From Candidatus Roizmanbacteria bacterium (GTDB lineage Bacteria > Patescibacteriota > Microgenomatia > UBA1406 > GWC2-37-13): a DNA stretch of 49,561 nt. The stretch covers positions 1 to 49,561 of the forward strand of contig JACOYT010000018.1 of NCBI GenBank assembly GCA_016181725.1, given 5' to 3'. Shown here in pieces: positions 26,439 to 36,533 of this stretch (position 1 is the first letter of the stretch; each line of letters starts with the position of its first letter). The position numbers and the translations under genes are program-made. The notes beneath the pieces were generated by a model that worked only from the letters and a program-made list of their open reading frames with translations, did not search any database and was not told the DNA's origin.

Positions 26439-27301
26439 AGTTCTTTCTGAAGATCTTCAAGTAGTCGCTTTGCTTTTTGCGATATTCTCTCAGGAACCTG
26501 TATCTTAAAAACCACATACTGATCCCCTTTCCGTAAGCTTCCGGGATATGGAATTCCTTGATTTTGAAGCCTGACTATTGTTCCCGATCTTGTGCCTCGG
26601 CGTACCTTTAGTCTAACATTTCCTTCCAAAGTTGGCACCTCAATTACCCCTCCCAATGTCGCCTCCGGATAGGAAATTTCTTTCTCATAATATATATCTT
26701 GACCGTCTCTTCTAAAATAGGGGTGTGGTTTTACCTCAACATGAAGATCAAAATCTTTAAAACGGATTCGCGACCCGCTGTCAACGCCGGCAGGGATCTT
26801 TACCTTCTTTGTTTTCCCATCAATTTTTATCTCTTTCTCAATTCCATGGATTGCCTCTTCAAAATCCAAAACGATGTGATAGGCGTATCTCTGTTGTCCT
26901 CTGTCGCGAGAAAATGGTGATTGGAATCCAAAAAATTGTTCAAAAATCTCAAATGGATCCGAAAATCCGCCAAAATCAAATCCTTCAAACGGAGACTCTC
27001 CACCGCCCCATGTGGAATACGTATAGGTAAAGGGCCCTTCGCGGTAAGTATGGGTTTTTCCACCAGCGCCAGGCATTCCTCCTCTCTCAAAAGCAGTTGG
27101 GCCATACTGATTGTACATTTCCCTTTTTTTAGAATCGGATAGAACTTCGTAGGCTTTATTTATCTCTTTAAATCGGGCTTCAGCCTCGGCAGATTTGTTT
27201 CGGTCGGGATGCCACTTTAAGGCTTGCTTTCGGTATGCAGCTTTAATTTCCGAATCGCTTGCATTCTTTGATATGCCAAGTGTCTCATAGAAGTCGCGCA
27301 T
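26435..27301 (-). CDS. dnaJ: J-domain co-chaperone without a zinc-finger domain (DnaJ/CbpA type)
   Basis: [33 protein letters not shown] with the HPD motif, a G/F-rich linker, and C-terminal beta domains. There are no CxxCxGxG repeats. Confidence 0.88.
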   Translation of the reverse strand: MRDFYETLGISKNASDSEIKAAYRKQALKWHPDRNKSAEAEARFKEINKAYEVLSDSKKREMYNQYGPTAFERGGMPGAGGKTHTYREGPFTYTYSTWGGGESPFEGFDFGGFSDPFEIFEQFFGFQSPFSRDRGQQRYAYHIVLDFEEAIHGIEKEIKIDGKTKKVKIPAGVDSGSRIRFKDFDLHVEVKPHPYFRRDGQDIYYEKEISYPEATLGGVIEVPTLEGNVRLKVRRGTRSGTIVRLQNQGIPYPGSLRKGDQYVVFKIQVPERISQKAKRLLEDLQKEL

Positions 27302-27359
27302 AATAAAAACTCAAAAGTCAAAGCTCAAAAGTACAGGTAAAAAGTAAAAAGTTTTAAAT

Positions 27360-29252
27360 TTATGATACTACTTCCCCCTCTTCCACGTCCTTATCTTCCT
27401 TTTTCTTCTCATCCTTTTTTTCATCAGATTTATTTTGCGGTGGCGGTTGCTGTGCCTGTGGTTGTTCGTACATCCCGGCACCCACTTTTTGCACTACTTC
27501 AGAGAGTGCTTTTGTCTTTTCCTCAAGTTCTTCAAAGGTTGCTTTCTCTAAACTCTCTTTTAAATCTTTCACTTTTTTCTCAATCTCTTCCTTCTTTTCC
27601 TTGGACACTTTTTCCTTCATGTCTTTCAGGGTTTTTTCAGCAAGATAGATCATGTTGTCGGCTTTATTTCTTGCTTCAATACGGTCTTTTTCTTTTCGAT
27701 CTTCATCGGCATGTTTTTCTGCTTCCTCCTTCATTTTTTCTATCTCCTCTTTGGTCAAGCCTGTTGATCCCGTGATTTTTATACTTTGAGATTTGCCAGT
27801 TGCCTTGTCTTTTGCCGATACGGTAAGAATTCCGTTTGCATCAATGTCAAATGCAACTTCAATCTGCGGCACTCCTCGGGGGGCTGGAGGAATCCCCTCA
27901 AGAATGAATCGCCCCAAGGACTTGTTGTCTTTTGCAAGCGGCCGTTCTCCCTGTAACACATGGATCTCTACCTGTGTCTGATTATCACCTGCTGTCGAGA
28001 AAATTTCGGACTTTGAAGTTGGGATCGTCGTGTTTCTTTCGATAAGGGGAGTACTGACACTGCCCAATGTCTCAACACCAAGGGTAAGTGGAGTCACATC
28101 AAGAAGAACCACATCTTTCGTCTCCCCGGTTAAGACTCCTGCCTGAATTGCAGCCCCTACCGCAACAACCTCATCCGGATTAACTGATCGATTTGGGTCT
28201 TTTCCGAAGAATTCTTTAACGCGTTCAAGTATCTTTGGCATTCGAGTCATCCCCCCAACTAAAATAACCTCATCTACCTTAGCCTGATCTATCTTCGCGT
28301 CTTTTAGACAGGATTTAACCGGTTCGAATGTCTTATCAATAAGGCTTCCAATCAACGACTCAAGCTTTGCACGCGTCAGCTTCATGACCAAATGGAGCGG
28401 TTGATTATCTTTCACCGTCACAAAGGGAAGATTTATCTCTGTCTCAAGTGAGGTTGAAAGTTCGATCTTTGCCTTCTCGGAGGAGTCCTTGAGCCGTTGG
28501 AGCGCTTGAGGATCCCCGCGTAAATCTATCCCATGTTCTTTTTTAAACTCATCGGCGATGGAGTCAACTATTACCTTATCAAAATCGTCACCCCCAAGAT
28601 GGGTATCACCATTTGTCGCTTTAACCTGAAAAACTCCTTCACCAAGCTCAAGAATGGTGATATCAAATGTTCCGCCACCAAGATCGTACACCGCGATCGT
28701 GTGGGTATGTGTTTTATCTAAACCGTATGCAAGTGCGGCTGCGGTTGGCTCGTTGATGATTCGCAAAACCTCAAGTCCTGCGATTTCGCCTGCTTGTTTG
28801 GTTGCCTGTCTTTGTGCGTCATCAAAATAGGCAGGAACCGTAATAACCGCTTTCTCAATTTTTTCACCCAGATATGCTTCTGCGTCTTCCTTAAGTTTTT
28901 TTAAAATCATTGCAGAAATCTCCTGTGGAGTAAACGTTTTTCCCTCAACCTCAATAACAACCATTCCGTCACGTCCCTCTTTTACGCTATAGGGAAGCCA
29001 TTTCAGTTCGCGCTGGACTTGCGAATCCGAATAACGCCTCCCCATGAGTCTCTTTACCGAGAAGACCGTATTTTTTGGGTTTATAACCATCTGTCGTTTC
29101 GCAACATCTCCGACAATCCGCTTCACCGGATCAACCACCGATGGTGTTACGTTTCGGCCTTCTTGAGAGTGGATTACTTTTGGCTTTCCGCCCTCAATGA
29201 CCGCCATGCATGAGTTTGTTGTTCCAAGATCAATGCCGATTACCTTTGCCAT
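27360..29252 (-). CDS. dnaK: molecular chaperone DnaK (Hsp70)
   Basis: [18 protein letters not shown], and [11 protein letters not shown]. Length 630 aa with a charged tail. Confidence 0.98.
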   Translation of the reverse strand: MAKVIGIDLGTTNSCMAVIEGGKPKVIHSQEGRNVTPSVVDPVKRIVGDVAKRQMVINPKNTVFSVKRLMGRRYSDSQVQRELKWLPYSVKEGRDGMVVIEVEGKTFTPQEISAMILKKLKEDAEAYLGEKIEKAVITVPAYFDDAQRQATKQAGEIAGLEVLRIINEPTAAALAYGLDKTHTHTIAVYDLGGGTFDITILELGEGVFQVKATNGDTHLGGDDFDKVIVDSIADEFKKEHGIDLRGDPQALQRLKDSSEKAKIELSTSLETEINLPFVTVKDNQPLHLVMKLTRAKLESLIGSLIDKTFEPVKSCLKDAKIDQAKVDEVILVGGMTRMPKILERVKEFFGKDPNRSVNPDEVVAVGAAIQAGVLTGETKDVVLLDVTPLTLGVETLGSVSTPLIERNTTIPTSKSEIFSTAGDNQTQVEIHVLQGERPLAKDNKSLGRFILEGIPPAPRGVPQIEVAFDIDANGILTVSAKDKATGKSQSIKITGSTGLTKEEIEKMKEEAEKHADEDRKEKDRIEARNKADNMIYLAEKTLKDMKEKVSKEKKEEIEKKVKDLKESLEKATFEELEEKTKALSEVVQKVGAGMYEQPQAQQPPPQNKSDEKKDEKKKEDKDVEEGEVVS

Positions 29253-29302
29253 ACTATTCCTCCTGTACCTAATTTAGGATCCGCTAACACATGAGTCGGC
29301 AG

Positions 29303-29323
29303 ATTCCGAAGCAAGTTCGGAAT
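29303..29323 (-). promoter_or_regulatory. perfect 8 bp hairpin in the grpE-dnaK spacer
   Basis: attccgaa-gcaag-ttcggaat. There is no U-tract, so I read it as an intra-operon processing or attenuation hairpin rather than a full terminator. Confidence 0.35.
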
Positions 29324-29336
29324 GACAAAAAGATGA

Positions 29337-29774
29337 TTAATGTCTTTTTGTCACCTTCACCTGCGCTGGTCTTATTACCTTATTATTTAATTTATACCCT
29401 TTTCTCAAAACTTCTGCTACTATATTATCGCTGTCGCCTGAAACCAATTCAACTGCCTCAGATGTCGTTGGATCAAACTCCTTTCCCAAAACATCGAGTT
29501 CCTCAATGCCTTCTTTCGTAAGAATATGTACAAACTCGTTTTTGATCACCTTAAGTCCTTCGTCTTTCACAAATACCTCTGCTTTCTCAAGATTGTCCAA
29601 AAGCGATAAAAGCCGTACAACCAAATCTTTCGTTGCATTTTTAATAAGCTCTTCTTTCTCCTCCCTAACACGCTTTTCAAAATTGTGATAGTCTGCCAGT
29701 GCCCGTAAATACTTCTGTTTATATACCTCTTCTTTCGTCACTTTTACCTGTTTCTTTCCGTCTTTCGTATCCAT
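29337..29774 (-). CDS. grpE: nucleotide exchange factor GrpE
   Basis: 145 aa: LRALADYHNFEKR, then FDP..SEAV near the C-terminus. It sits in the expected operon position between hrcA and dnaK. Confidence 0.9.
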   Translation of the reverse strand: MDTKDGKKQVKVTKEEVYKQKYLRALADYHNFEKRVREEKEELIKNATKDLVVRLLSLLDNLEKAEVFVKDEGLKVIKNEFVHILTKEGIEELDVLGKEFDPTTSEAVELVSGDSDNIVAEVLRKGYKLNNKVIRPAQVKVTKRH

Positions 29775-29781
29775 ACGTACT

Positions 29782-30522
29782 TTACAGCTTTTGTTCTTTT
29801 ACTATCTGCCCAATAAGATCTGAGAAGTATCTTACCTGTGGACCGACTACTTCATAATACATGCGTTTCGGACCAACCACGCCGATGATACCCTTAACCT
29901 TGGCCCCTTCGAACTCACCAAAAATACTGCCAATTGGTTCAAACATCGGATCGCTGAAATCATCTTCTCCAAGCATATAGCACATCTCTTCTTTCAACTC
30001 GTCCATTCGATCGATAATCTTTGTCCAGTAATTTTGCTCCTCCAACCGTCCAAATAAAGATTTTGACAACTTCCAGTCGAGAAATTCTTGCAGATCAAGC
30101 AGATTCCCAACACCTGAATAATAGAGATCTCCAATATTGGTTGCCACCAATGAAAGAAGATTTGTCTTTTGCGCAAGAATTCTTACCGCATGGGAAAGAA
30201 GACGTTGAAGATCCTCTCGTTCATCCCAAATACCATGCTTATAAGAGACCTCATCTGTGGTTGAAACCGCTTTTTCCTTCATAAGATGTTTTATGTAGAA
30301 ACGAAAGCCCTTTGCGGAGGGGAGCCTTCCGGATGAGAAGTATGTCTTTTTAAGATATCCTTTCTTGGCAAGCTCAACCATCTCGTTTCGAATGGTTGCT
30401 GGGGAAACACCAAGCTTATATTTTTTCTCCAATATTTCAGAACCAACCGGTTCACCGCTTTCAGTGTATTCCCTAATAAGCGCCCCGAGAATCTCTGTTT
30501 GTCTATTTGTTAGATCGTCCAT
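29782..30522 (-). CDS. hrcA: heat-inducible transcription repressor HrcA (short form)
   Basis: N-terminal wHTH LTNRQTEILGALIREYTESGEPVGSE...SPATIRNEM. It is the first gene of the dnaK operon, with a CIRCE site upstream. Confidence 0.88.
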   Translation of the reverse strand: MDDLTNRQTEILGALIREYTESGEPVGSEILEKKYKLGVSPATIRNEMVELAKKGYLKKTYFSSGRLPSAKGFRFYIKHLMKEKAVSTTDEVSYKHGIWDEREDLQRLLSHAVRILAQKTNLLSLVATNIGDLYYSGVGNLLDLQEFLDWKLSKSLFGRLEEQNYWTKIIDRMDELKEEMCYMLGEDDFSDPMFEPIGSIFGEFEGAKVKGIIGVVGPKRMYYEVVGPQVRYFSDLIGQIVKEQKL

Positions 30523-30540
30523 AGATTAATAGGAAAAAGG

Positions 30541-30567
30541 TTAGCAATACTATACCAACTCTGCTAA
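30541..30567 (-). promoter_or_regulatory. CIRCE-like HrcA operator (ttagcaata-N9-ctctgctaa)
   Basis: An inverted repeat TTAGCA...TGCTAA has the canonical 9 nt spacer and lies 19 nt upstream of the hrcA ATG. The inner three positions of each half-site are degenerate relative to TTAGCACTC-N9-GAGTGCTAA. Confidence 0.6.
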
Positions 30568-30577
30568 AGAAAGTCAA
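30549..30577 (-). promoter_or_regulatory. sigma-70-type promoter of the hrcA operon overlapping CIRCE
   Basis: The minus strand reads TTGACT (30577-30572), a 17 nt spacer, then TATAGT (30554-30549). Confidence 0.5.
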
Positions 30578-30709
30578 GGGGTACCTCCCTATTATCCAGC
30601 CCATAATTAAAACAACGGGATTTGACAAACTCGGCCCCGAGCGCAAAAACCTCAATGTCTTAAAAGGGCTTATAAAATAACTCACTCTCTCTGTCCCCAC
30701 CACAGGCCA

Positions 30710-31527
30710 CCGTACAACCGCGGCGGTTGTATATTCGAAAGAAATAGGCTGTTAGGTCGCCCCGAAGCGATCATTTTGTAGATTATAGTACGTTGACTAA
30801 ATAAATTTGCTTGTGTAATCTCCACACACTATGCGACAGATACAAAAATTTGTAAAAGGATGCGTCTTCCATATCTGTAATAAAAGTATTGCCAATTTCG
30901 GAATTTTTAAAGACCCCATAAATGCTGAGAGATTTGTTGCAACCTTAGACCACTACAATACTTCACATAAAAAAGTCAGTTTATCACAACGCTTAAGAAG
31001 AAAAAAAGGGAAAGTTAAACAAATCAATCTTTTAGAGCCGGAAGAAGATGGGCTTATCAAATTTATTACTTTCACTATTATGCCGGACCACTATCATTTG
31101 GTAATTAAAATTCTCGTTGACCACTGTTTATCAAAATATATCAATGATGTAGAGAACAGTTTTACTCGCTATTTTAACGTCAAATTTGAAAGAAAGGGCC
31201 CCTTATGGCAGTCAAGATTTAGATCGATATTAATTAAAACCGATGAACAGCTTCTCCATGTAACAAGATATATTCATCTTAATCCAGTAACCGACTATCT
31301 CGTAGACAAACCTGAAGATTGGGAGTTTTCATCGTATCGACACTACATCAATGAGGAGAAATTTTTAAAAAATATTTTTACGGAAATTTCTATTAAAGCT
31401 CCTAAAACATATAAAAAGTTCGTTGAAGATAGGATAGATTATCAAAGAAAGCTCAAGAAAATAAAGACTTTTCTGCTAGAATAGACTGTCACATAGGTCG
31501 CCGTACAACCGCGGCGGTTGTATATTT
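30710..31527 (+). mobile_element. REP/RAYT unit: Y1 (HUH) transposase gene flanked by directly repeated GC-rich hairpins
   Basis: The 26 nt sequence ccgtacaaccgcggcggttgtatatt occurs at 30710-30735 and 31501-31526. Its core is a 9 bp palindrome, tacaaccgc-g-gcggttgta. taggtcgcc is also repeated, at 30753-30761 and 31494-31502. Confidence 0.75.
30831..31484 (+). CDS. REP-associated tyrosine transposase (IS200/IS605 TnpA-like, RAYT)
   Basis: IMPDHYHLVI (HUH motif), GPLWQSRFRS, and VTRYIHLNPV (catalytic Tyr region). Length 217 aa. Confidence 0.85.
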   Translation: MRQIQKFVKGCVFHICNKSIANFGIFKDPINAERFVATLDHYNTSHKKVSLSQRLRRKKGKVKQINLLEPEEDGLIKFITFTIMPDHYHLVIKILVDHCLSKYINDVENSFTRYFNVKFERKGPLWQSRFRSILIKTDEQLLHVTRYIHLNPVTDYLVDKPEDWEFSSYRHYINEEKFLKNIFTEISIKAPKTYKKFVEDRIDYQRKLKKIKTFLLE

Positions 31528-31611
31528 GCTCTCATGCTTCATAATAAGTTGTGAATATTCCCAATTGGCTCTTTAAATGTGGTCGCATGCGGTTTTGGGT
31601 ATAATTGTAAC

Positions 31612-32982
31612 ATGTTTAAGCTACCAGTCTTTGTTGAAAACTTCATGGACGACTTCAGAAAAAAGAAGTATCAAATCTATCTGGTCGGTGGAGCGGTACG
31701 AGATCTGGTTTCTTTCAAAAAAGATATTGACTGGAATTTTGCGGATTTTGCAACCGATGCAACGCCTGATGAGATCCAAAAACTTTTTCCAGATTCCTTC
31801 TACGACAATGCATTTGGAACGGTTGGAGTAAAGATCAAAAATGCAGATAAGGAGTATGTTTTTGAGGTGACCACATTTCGCAAAGAGGGAAAATATGTCG
31901 ATCTTCGACACCCGGAAAAAATTGAGTGGGCGAAAACAATCACGGAGGATCTTGCGCGTCGTGACTTTACCATAAACGCGATGGCCCTTCGACAAGCTCA
32001 GGGTAAACATGCTGGTTATGAGCTTATCGATCCTTATAGCGGTCGAGGGCATCTTGAGAAAAAACTTGTTGTTGCCGTGGGAGATCCTGATCTAAGATTC
32101 TCGGAGGATGCCTTGCGGCTTATTCGAGCGGTTCGTTTTGCAGCCGAACTTGGATTTTTTCTCGACGAAAAAACCAGAGAGTCTATGAGGAAGAACGCTC
32201 ATCTTATAACGAAAATCGCATGGGAGCGAATTCGCGATGAGTTTTTGAAGATACTTGCGTCTGATCATCCTTCAGAGGGCGTGCTTTTTCTACGAAGCAC
32301 CGGAATTCTTGAACAAATCTTACCTGAGATCGATCTCTGTTTTGAGATCCCACAAAAAAGTCCAAAGCGCCACCACATCTATGATGTGGGAACTCACCTT
32401 GTCATGTCTTTGAAACATTGTCCTTCAAAAGATCCAATCACTCGCTTTGCAACACTTCTTCACGACATAGGTAAAGCAAAGACCTTCAAAAAAGACCCGG
32501 AAACCGGGCTTATCACTTTTTACAACCACGAGGTAGTGGGGGCAAAACTAGCAAGCAAAATCGCTGATCGTTTTCGCCTCTCTAAAAAGGAAAGGCATAA
32601 GTTGATTACACTGGTTCGCCAACATCAATTTACGGTTGCCGAGATGCAGACAGATAAGGCGATACGAAGATTCATACGAAATGTCGGAAAAGAGTATTTG
32701 GGGGATATTCTTGACCTTCGAACCGGAGATCGCGTTGGGTCTGGCGCAACACGAACCTCCTGGCGCCTTGAGCTTTTCAAGAAGCGCTTGCAAGAGGTCC
32801 AAAAAGAACCACTCAAGGTAACAGATCTTAAAATCAGTGGAAATGATGTGATGAGAGAGTTGAATCTCAAACCCGGACCAAAAGTCGGTGAAATTTTAAA
32901 TAAACTTTTCGAGGAAGTAGTTGAGGGCAAACTAAAAAACGAAAAAGAAGTATTGCTGTCCAAACTCAAAGATTCTCAATGA
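31612..32982 (+). CDS. cca: CCA-adding tRNA nucleotidyltransferase with HD domain
   Basis: I prefer ATG 31612 because tataat 31600-31605 lies exactly 6 nt upstream. Motifs: YLVGGAVRDL, RRDFTINAMA, and HDIGK (HD domain). Confidence 0.88.
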   Translation: MFKLPVFVENFMDDFRKKKYQIYLVGGAVRDLVSFKKDIDWNFADFATDATPDEIQKLFPDSFYDNAFGTVGVKIKNADKEYVFEVTTFRKEGKYVDLRHPEKIEWAKTITEDLARRDFTINAMALRQAQGKHAGYELIDPYSGRGHLEKKLVVAVGDPDLRFSEDALRLIRAVRFAAELGFFLDEKTRESMRKNAHLITKIAWERIRDEFLKILASDHPSEGVLFLRSTGILEQILPEIDLCFEIPQKSPKRHHIYDVGTHLVMSLKHCPSKDPITRFATLLHDIGKAKTFKKDPETGLITFYNHEVVGAKLASKIADRFRLSKKERHKLITLVRQHQFTVAEMQTDKAIRRFIRNVGKEYLGDILDLRTGDRVGSGATRTSWRLELFKKRLQEVQKEPLKVTDLKISGNDVMRELNLKPGPKVGEILNKLFEEVVEGKLKNEKEVLLSKLKDSQ

Positions 32983-33598
32983 TCCCTCTCCCCTTCTCCA
33001 CCCCGATCGTTGTCTTCTCTCCGTGTCCCGGATAGACAACGGTCTCTTCTGGCAGTTGGTACAATCGTTTAATCGAATGAGTCAAGTCTTTTTTGCTGCT
33101 GTAGGAAAAATCGTAACGACCTATGGCGTTTTTAAACAGTGTATCGCCGGTAAATAACGCCTTTTCACTTTTGAAATAGAAGCATCGCGCGCCGGGAGTA
33201 TGGCCCGGCGTCCTTATAATCCTAAATCTTAAATCATCAATCTTAAATCCTCCTTCTCGCAAATCTTTTGTCTCTTTTGGAGGAACCACATGAGGTTCGT
33301 GACCTAAAAAATATCGTGCGGTCTCCCCTGCTCTTTTTAAGAGAAACAGGTCCTCTTTTGCAATGTAAAACGGAATGTTTAAAGCTGCCTGAATTTCCCC
33401 AGCTGCCATCACGTGGTCAAAGTGACCGTGTGAAGCAAACAGTGCCAGCACATTGAGTCTCTTTCTTTGAATCTCCTCCAAAAGAAAATCCGCCGAGTCC
33501 CCCGGATCGAAAATCAGACAATAATTTTCGTGGATAACAAAATAGCAATTCGCCTGCAACTGACCAACTTCGTAACGCAAAATCTTTAATTGATTCAT
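32966..33598 (-). CDS. MBL-fold metallo-hydrolase (glyoxalase II-like)
   Basis: SHGHFDHV (HxHxDH), TPGHTPG, and GDTLF. I prefer the start at ATG 33598, which abuts the secF stop. Confidence 0.85.
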   Translation of the reverse strand: MNQLKILRYEVGQLQANCYFVIHENYCLIFDPGDSADFLLEEIQRKRLNVLALFASHGHFDHVMAAGEIQAALNIPFYIAKEDLFLLKRAGETARYFLGHEPHVVPPKETKDLREGGFKIDDLRFRIIRTPGHTPGARCFYFKSEKALFTGDTLFKNAIGRYDFSYSSKKDLTHSIKRLYQLPEETVVYPGHGEKTTIGVEKGRGIIENL

Positions 33599-34458
33599 TC
33601 TTTTTTTCCTTCCATCCACACTAAAATCGGAGTGGCAATAAATGGGGAGGAGTAGGTTCCGGTTATAGTTCCCACAAGCAAAGCGATTATGAAAAAGCGG
33701 ATGGTTGAGCCGCCAAGAAGAGTAAGAGCAAGAAGTACAAACACAATCGTCATCGAGTTGTTCAACGATCGCACCATTGTTTCAGTCAGCGCTTTATTTG
33801 CAATATGCTCCACGTTTCGCCTCCCCTCCTCTTTCATATGTTCTCTGATCTTATCAAAGATAACGATTGTATCATGCACGGAAAAAGACATGGTGGTCAA
33901 GACCGCAGTAACAAAAAGCGTATCAACTTGGGCTCCAAAGAAATGCGATAAAAGCGCATACATCCCAACAAGAACCATAAGATCATGAACCAAGGCAAGA
34001 ATCGCTGAGACGGCAAAGTTAAATCCACGAAAGGCAAAACTCATGTAGATCAAGATTGCGGAAACCCCAAGAAGAGTCGCAATGATTGTTTTTCTTACCG
34101 TTTCTTTCCCGATAATCGGCCCAACCGTTTCAAAGCGAAGAACCTCAACTTTTGTATCTAAGTCTTTCTCAAGAGCTTCCCGCAATTTTTTTTCTTTTTT
34201 TTCATCGGTTGGAGCTGCACGAATAAAAATTCCACCTGGAGAAATTCTAAGCGTGATTGCACTAACACCCTTTTTAATGAGAATATTTCTCACCATGCCG
34301 GAGGAGACGGCTTTTCCCGTCTTATATTCGATATTTGTCCCCCCCACAAAATCAATGGAATAAATAAATCCCCAACGGAAAATCGAAAACAAACCGACAA
34401 GGATAACGATTGCTGATATTGTAAAGTACAACCATTTATACTTGAGAAAGTTAACCAT
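33595..34458 (-). CDS. secF: protein translocase subunit SecF
   Basis: 287 aa with 6 TM segments. Motifs: GIDFVGGT-like IYSIDFVGGT, VHDTIVIFDKIRE, and a RND-like C-terminal half. Confidence 0.92.
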   Translation of the reverse strand: MVNFLKYKWLYFTISAIVILVGLFSIFRWGFIYSIDFVGGTNIEYKTGKAVSSGMVRNILIKKGVSAITLRISPGGIFIRAAPTDEKKEKKLREALEKDLDTKVEVLRFETVGPIIGKETVRKTIIATLLGVSAILIYMSFAFRGFNFAVSAILALVHDLMVLVGMYALLSHFFGAQVDTLFVTAVLTTMSFSVHDTIVIFDKIREHMKEEGRRNVEHIANKALTETMVRSLNNSMTIVFVLLALTLLGGSTIRFFIIALLVGTITGTYSSPFIATPILVWMEGKKE

Positions 34459-34463
34459 AATAC

Positions 34464-34563
34464 AATTTAGAATTTATAATTCAGAATTAAGAATGAATGG
34501 AGAATTTAGAATGAAATTAATTCTAGATTCTTAATTTAATTCATAACTCTTAATTCTGAATTA
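34464..34563 (-). repeat. ~100 nt AT-rich palindromic repeat, copy 1 (inverse orientation relative to 49205-49306)
   Basis: The reverse complement aligns to 49205-49306 with 3 substitutions and two 5 nt indels. It fills the whole secD-secF spacer. Confidence 0.9.
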
Positions 34564-35883
34564 CTATTTGTAAAAAAAATTAATCAGCCTTCTCGTAATT
34601 ACTACTCCCGTAAAAAGACTTGTTGCAACCCCAATCATCAAAGTCAATGCGAAGCCCCGAACCAGGCCAAATTGCGGTAAAAAGTCCCAGTTTAAGGGAT
34701 TGAAGAGGATAAAGGCAACGATAAGGGTTGTTAAATTCGCATCTTTAATCGCATCAATAGCACGACCGAATCCCAATCGAATTGCAACATCTTGATCCTT
34801 CCCTTCCCTAAGCTCTTCCTTGATTCGCTCAAAGATAAGGATGTTTGAATCAACTGCCATTCCGATTGAAAGCAAAAATCCTGCGATTCCCGATAGAGTA
34901 AGCACTACAGGGATTGCTCGGAAAACAGCAAGACTGATTAATCCGTATATTATAAGTGCACCTGACGCGATAAGTCCGAACCTCCCATAGTACACTACCA
35001 TAAACAGCGCAACAGCCAAAAGCCCAACCATCCCAGCATACACGCTTTTCTCAACTTCTTGAGCGCCGAGTGTTGGGCCAATACTTCTTTGTTCAACTAA
35101 GGTGATCGGCAATGGAAGTGCCCCGGCGTTTATGTCTTGTGCAAGCTGTTTTGCTTCATCTACCGTGAAGTTCCCGGTTATGACTGCGTCGCCTCCTTTA
35201 ATCTCTTGTTGAACAACCGGGGCGGAGATAAGAAATTGATCAAGAAAAATCCCGATTCTTTTCCCAACGTTTCGCTTCGTCATAGTAGAAAAAAGCTTTG
35301 CGCCTTCCTGTGAAAATCGAAGCGCAACCTGCGGCTTCCCAGTTTGTGGATCAAAGGTTACGGTGGCTTTTTTTACGTCTCTGCCAGTTAATCCTCCGTA
35401 ACTTGCGAAGCTGGCAAGAAGAGGTGATTGAGTTGCCAGTTTCGCCTCGGCAGTCGCCTCCTCTCTGAAGCTAAGCTGTGCGGTTTTTCCAATCCGATCT
35501 ACCGCCTCCGAAACATTGGATACACCTGGCAGATCAACCACGATCCGGTGCTTGTCTCCCGACTTCAATGTCTGAACAAAGGGTTCTGAAACTCCAAAGA
35601 AATTTACCCGCTTTTCTATGATATCTCTTGCGGAGTTTATGGAATCGGTAAGATCCTCTGCCTTCGTACGAGAAGTGTCTGCCTGAAAAACAAGGTGCGT
35701 CCCCCCTTTAAGATCCAGGCCAAGACGAGTTTTGAAATCTTTCTTGAATTGAAAACCGAAAAGCTTCACGCTCACAACTGGGGGATTTAAAGTCGTATCG
35801 CCGATATGAAGATTTTCTGGCAGATCAATCCAAATAAGAAGAAACAAGACAAGACATATAAAAAATACCTTCACGAATTTCAT
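34564..35883 (-). CDS. secD: protein translocase subunit SecD
   Basis: 439 aa: LGLDLKGGTHLVFQ, then AVDSNILIFERIKEE in the TM domain. Confidence 0.93.
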   Translation of the reverse strand: MKFVKVFFICLVLFLLIWIDLPENLHIGDTTLNPPVVSVKLFGFQFKKDFKTRLGLDLKGGTHLVFQADTSRTKAEDLTDSINSARDIIEKRVNFFGVSEPFVQTLKSGDKHRIVVDLPGVSNVSEAVDRIGKTAQLSFREEATAEAKLATQSPLLASFASYGGLTGRDVKKATVTFDPQTGKPQVALRFSQEGAKLFSTMTKRNVGKRIGIFLDQFLISAPVVQQEIKGGDAVITGNFTVDEAKQLAQDINAGALPLPITLVEQRSIGPTLGAQEVEKSVYAGMVGLLAVALFMVVYYGRFGLIASGALIIYGLISLAVFRAIPVVLTLSGIAGFLLSIGMAVDSNILIFERIKEELREGKDQDVAIRLGFGRAIDAIKDANLTTLIVAFILFNPLNWDFLPQFGLVRGFALTLMIGVATSLFTGVVITRRLINFFYK

Positions 35884-36455
35884 TTCAAAAGCTCATCTTC
35901 TGATCCAATCAGCATGATTTTGGGCTGTTTTAAGAACCTCCAGACAAAAGGGTCGTTGTTTTTTTTGCGAAATAGAAACTCATCCTCTGCCATCACGGTA
36001 TAGTTAATTTCATATCCAAAGTCTTTTTCTGTCTCAGAGATTATACTTGCGATCTCTGGAACAACAACAACTCCGACCACAATAAGATACACCTCGTCAT
36101 CTTTTATAGGAATTCGCTTTGCATATTTCGTCGATAGCGCAGCAAATTTTATCTTGCCAAGCTTCGATAAGTTTTTATATACAAGATTAGGTAGTTTGTC
36201 GAACTTTGTAAATATCCGTAAAAACTCGTCATAGAATGTGTAGTTTTTATTGATCGTGTAAAAAACTTTATTGAGTCGTCTCTCTTTATGAAGAACTTTT
36301 TCTTCCTCCAAGATATCAAGCTCCCGTTTTACTGCATTTACCTCCTCATCAGTATCGCGAACAACTTTTCGAAGATAGTAGTTTTCATTTGGATGGTGGA
36401 AAAAAAGCTGAAGAATTTTTATCCGTGTTTTTGATGGAATAATACGACCGAGCAT
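35880..36455 (-). CDS. winged-helix (ArsR-like) transcriptional regulator with a C-terminal uncharacterised domain
   Basis: SKTRIKILQLFFHHPNENYYLRKVVRDTDEEVNAVKRELDILEEEKVL. It overlaps the secD start by 4 nt. Confidence 0.6.
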   Translation of the reverse strand: MLGRIIPSKTRIKILQLFFHHPNENYYLRKVVRDTDEEVNAVKRELDILEEEKVLHKERRLNKVFYTINKNYTFYDEFLRIFTKFDKLPNLVYKNLSKLGKIKFAALSTKYAKRIPIKDDEVYLIVVGVVVVPEIASIISETEKDFGYEINYTVMAEDEFLFRKKNNDPFVWRFLKQPKIMLIGSEDELLK

Positions 36456-36465
36456 AATTAAGATT

Positions 36466-36502
36466 TACGATTTAAGAAGTACGATTTAAGAATTCTTAAA
36501 TC
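36466..36502. repeat. tandem 13-mer (tacgatttaagaa x2) merging into a perfect 20 nt palindrome gatttaagaattcttaaatc
   Basis: The 13-mers are at 36466-36478 and 36480-36492, and the palindrome is at 36483-36502. It lies in the spacer between the DUF3048 gene stop and the regulator gene start. Confidence 0.8.
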
Positions 36503-36533
36503 CTTAATCATGAATCTTAAATCGACCATTGTT

